The notes under the pieces were generated by a model. It was not told the DNA's origin, searched no databases, and saw only the letters and a list, made by a program, of their open reading frames with translations. DNA of 41,421 nucleotides from Ruminococcaceae bacterium UBA3451 (GTDB lineage Bacteria; Bacillota; Clostridia; Oscillospirales; Acutalibacteraceae). Position numbers and translations under genes: made by a program. Below are positions 38,558 through 41,421 of the stretch, piece by piece (position 1 is the stretch's first letter; each line of letters opens with the position of its first letter). The stretch lies in NCBI GenBank assembly GCA_002378845.1, contig DFRY01000043.1:115419-156839 (forward strand), written 5' to 3'.

Positions 38558-38665
38558 GAGGCACGAAATCAGATCGCATTTGGTGCAAGTCTCTCAAAGA
38601 AAGCTAAAAGCTCGATTCATAATTTTATAAAAATATCATTATTTTACCCCAAAAGGAGAATTCAA

Positions 38666-39958
38666 ATGGACTTAATCAGAGCACAAAAAGGGACACAGGA
38701 TTTGCTGCCGGTTCAAACCGAAAAATGGCAGGTTGTTGAAGACGTAATGCGCAGCGAAGCCAAAATCCACGGTTTCGGCGAAATCCGCACACCGGTGTTC
38801 GAAGATACCCGCCTGTTCCAGCGTTCCGTCGGCGAGACAACCGATGTGGTTCAAAAGGAAATGTACACCTTCAACGACAAGGGCGGCCGCTCCATTACGC
38901 TTCGCCCGGAGGGAACTGCAGGCGCGGTGCGCGCCATGCTGGAACACGGCGTGTACAACGACGGCCTGCCCATTAAAATGTACTATTTTACCTCCTGCTA
39001 CCGTTATGAAAACACACAGGCCGGCAGACTGCGTGAATTCCACCAGTTCGGCGTGGAGCTGTTCGGCGCTTCTTCTCCCATGGCAGACGCCGAAGTCATC
39101 GGTATGGCAAAAAGCATTTTTGACCGTCTGGGCGTTCGGAACCTTTCCCTGGAAATCAACTCCATTGGCTGCCCGGACTGCCGTGCAAAATATTACGACG
39201 CACTGAGAACCTATTTCAGCGCATACAAAGACCAGCTTTGCGAAACCTGCCAGGGCCGCCTTGAGCGCAACCCCATGCGGATTCTGGACTGCAAAAGCCC
39301 GATTTGCTCTAAAATCGCGGCAGGGGCTCCGCGTATGCTCGACTACCTTTGCGACGACTGCAAAGCACACTTTGAAGGTGTGAAAAGTGGCCTGACCGCC
39401 GCAAACATCGAGTTTACCGTCAACCCGTCCATCGTGCGCGGCCTTGATTATTACACCCGCACCGTGTTCGAGTTCGTTTCGAACGATCTTGGCGCGCAAA
39501 GCACCGTCTGCGGCGGCGGCCGTTACGACGGCCTGGTGGAAGAAATGGGCGGTCAGCACATGCCTGCTCTGGGCTTCGGCCTCGGTATGGAGCGCCTGAT
39601 GATGATTCTGGATGCACAGAAGGTGGAATTCCCCGCACCGGAGACCTGCGACCTGTACATCGCATCTTTGGGCGACGCAGCCAAGCTGGAATCCTACAAA
39701 CTTGCGCACCGTTTGCAGGAATATTCCATCTCTGCAACGTTTGACATGAACGACCGCGCGCTCAAGGCACAGATGAAGTACGCCGACAAAATCGGCGCAA
39801 AATACACTATTGTTCTGGGCGACAACGAGCTGGAAACCAACCGTGCCGACATTAAAAACATGAAGACCGGCGAAAAAGAGAAAATCAGCCTGGGCGACGA
39901 TTTTGTGGAACAATTCGTGATTCTGCAAACAAAGCAGGAGGATACCCTCGCGTTTTAA
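38666..39958 (+). CDS. hisS: Histidine--tRNA ligase
   Basis: KEMYTF, LRPEGTAG, GRLREFHQFG, VRGLDYY, GGGRYDGL. ATG 38666 follows AAGGAG. Confidence 0.97.
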   Translation: MDLIRAQKGTQDLLPVQTEKWQVVEDVMRSEAKIHGFGEIRTPVFEDTRLFQRSVGETTDVVQKEMYTFNDKGGRSITLRPEGTAGAVRAMLEHGVYNDGLPIKMYYFTSCYRYENTQAGRLREFHQFGVELFGASSPMADAEVIGMAKSIFDRLGVRNLSLEINSIGCPDCRAKYYDALRTYFSAYKDQLCETCQGRLERNPMRILDCKSPICSKIAAGAPRMLDYLCDDCKAHFEGVKSGLTAANIEFTVNPSIVRGLDYYTRTVFEFVSNDLGAQSTVCGGGRYDGLVEEMGGQHMPALGFGLGMERLMMILDAQKVEFPAPETCDLYIASLGDAAKLESYKLAHRLQEYSISATFDMNDRALKAQMKYADKIGAKYTIVLGDNELETNRADIKNMKTGEKEKISLGDDFVEQFVILQTKQEDTLAF

Positions 39959-40022
39959 ATGCAGCAAACACCGGGAGCCTATCGGCTCCCGGTCAAAAAT
40001 GATAAGAACAGGGAGTGCGGTT

Positions 40023-40949
40023 ATGAATCAATCCATTTTCAATCAATTCCGCCTGACTGTGGCGGAACAGCATCTTAATGTTTACGGAATTAAAGTAGAA
40101 ACCGCCGACGGCGAAAGCGTAAGTCACCGCTGGCGTTCCGACGACCCGGAAAACCTGCATTCAGGCTCAAAAACCTTTACCTCCATGGCGGTCGGCATGT
40201 GCGTTGACGACGGCAAGCTGAACGTAACGGACAAAGTGCTGGACTTTTTCCCGGAATACCGGGAAATCGCTTCCCCCGGAAGTGAAAAAATCGCAGTGCG
40301 CGACCTGCTGCATATGGCGTCGGGCAAGCTGCAGTTCTGGTTCGGCGAGGCCGACGACCATGAACTGAATTCCAAAACAGAGGATTGGGCGGATCTGTTT
40401 TTCCGCGTTCCCGTTACAAAGGAACCGGGAACATTTTTCTTCTACTCCAACGCCTGTACTTATATGCTGGGCCGCATCGTGGAAAAAATCAGCGGACTTA
40501 CCGTGCGCGATTTTCTGATTCCGCGCCTGTTTACCCCAATGGATATTCGCAACCCCCAGTGGCACTCCTGTACCGGCGGTCACACCCTTGCGGCAACGGG
40601 CCTGTACTTAACCACCGATGAATATTCGCGGCTTGGTTCCATGCTGCTGCACCGCGGTGTTTATAACGGCCAACGGATTGTAAGCGAAAGCTATTTGGAA
40701 AGCGCGGTTAACGACATTATTGACAACAACCAACCGGGCTATGACGTTTCAGAAGGCATTTCGGGCTACTGCTATCAGATGTGGCGCTGCTCTTACCCCG
40801 GCGCGTACCGTGCGGATGGAATGTACGGCCAGTTCAGCATTGTAGTGCCGGATAAAAACGCGGTCATTACTGTAACGTCCCATGAAGAAAAGGCCGCGAA
40901 CGACATCATCCGTGCTATTTTTCATGACATTGTTCCACAGCTTGGCTAA
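40023..40949 (+). CDS. Beta-lactamase-fold serine hydrolase (class C / NylB-like)
   Basis: SxxK (SGSK), LLHMASG, PGTFFFYSN, DGMYGQF. No signal peptide. Confidence 0.85.
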   Translation: MNQSIFNQFRLTVAEQHLNVYGIKVETADGESVSHRWRSDDPENLHSGSKTFTSMAVGMCVDDGKLNVTDKVLDFFPEYREIASPGSEKIAVRDLLHMASGKLQFWFGEADDHELNSKTEDWADLFFRVPVTKEPGTFFFYSNACTYMLGRIVEKISGLTVRDFLIPRLFTPMDIRNPQWHSCTGGHTLAATGLYLTTDEYSRLGSMLLHRGVYNGQRIVSESYLESAVNDIIDNNQPGYDVSEGISGYCYQMWRCSYPGAYRADGMYGQFSIVVPDKNAVITVTSHEEKAANDIIRAIFHDIVPQLG

Positions 40950-41012
40950 AGGGACTCATTAATATATAACTTATTGTAGATTTTATTATTAAATATACTT
41001 GGAGGCTTATTT

Positions 41013-41421
41013 ATGGCAGAATTCATGACAGGGATTAAACGAACCAATTACTGCGGCGAGCTGCGCGCAAGCGACATCGGCAAAACCGTGACCGTCTGCG
41101 GCTGGGTACAGCGCCAGCGCGACCTTGGGCAGCTTATTTTTATCGACCTGCGCGACCGCACGGGTCTTCTTCAGTTGGCGTTCAACGACAGCACCGACCG
41201 CACTGTATTTGAAAAAGCTTTTTCCGCCCGCGCCGAATACGTGCTTGCGGCAAACGGCATTGTGCGGGAACGTTCTTCCAAAAACACCGAAATTCCCACC
41301 GGCGACATTGAAATCGAAGTAACCGACCTTCGCGTTCTGGCGAAAAGTGAAACTCCTCCGTTTGAAATTGTGGAAAATTCGAATGTTAAAGAGGATCTTC
41401 GCCTGAAATACCGTTACCTTG
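41013..41421 (+). CDS. aspS: Aspartate--tRNA ligase (5' part; runs off the window)
   Basis: MAEFMTGIKRTNYCGELR...GWVQRQRDLGQLIFIDLRDRTG...LRLKYRYL; GGAGG RBS. Confidence 0.95.
   Translation, partial: MAEFMTGIKRTNYCGELRASDIGKTVTVCGWVQRQRDLGQLIFIDLRDRTGLLQLAFNDSTDRTVFEKAFSARAEYVLAANGIVRERSSKNTEIPTGDIEIEVTDLRVLAKSETPPFEIVENSNVKEDLRLKYRYL

Noticed and set aside
38672..39967. 431-aa minus-strand ORF
   Set aside because: Antisense shadow of hisS.

Overview
Chromosomal window from a Clostridia-type Firmicute (gene content and order suggest Oscillospiraceae/Ruminococcaceae; inference). The left half (1-27 kb, all minus strand) holds a partial lon with an adjacent TetR gene, then a ~15 kb sugar-catabolism cluster: Gfo/Idh/MocA oxidoreductase, GH38 alpha-mannosidase, carbohydrate ABC transporter, YesM/YesN-type two-component system, GH1 beta-glucosidase, RspA/ManD-type acid-sugar dehydratase and an AraC regulator. 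It continues with tRNA-Arg(ACG), an ECF sigma/anti-sigma pair, a stand-alone Sll1717-like P-loop ATPase, a membrane GGEEF diguanylate cyclase, a GH13 glycosidase and glgP. The right half (27-41 kb, plus strand) is housekeeping: zapA, U32 family protein, dut, a small membrane protein, maf, mreBCD, PBP2, minD, mgsA and a T-box-controlled hisS / serine hydrolase / aspS operon. The most unusual signal is a dispersed ~100-170 bp non-coding element present in three intergenic copies (about 24.4, 30.1 and 38.4 kb). Its hairpin shows compensatory base changes, and all copies have the same chromosomal orientation regardless of local transcription. Also notable: a shared 20-bp operator linking TetR to lon, an Asp-type T-box in front of hisS, and a MinD lacking its membrane-targeting tail. 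All calls come from reading the sequence; no database searches were run.
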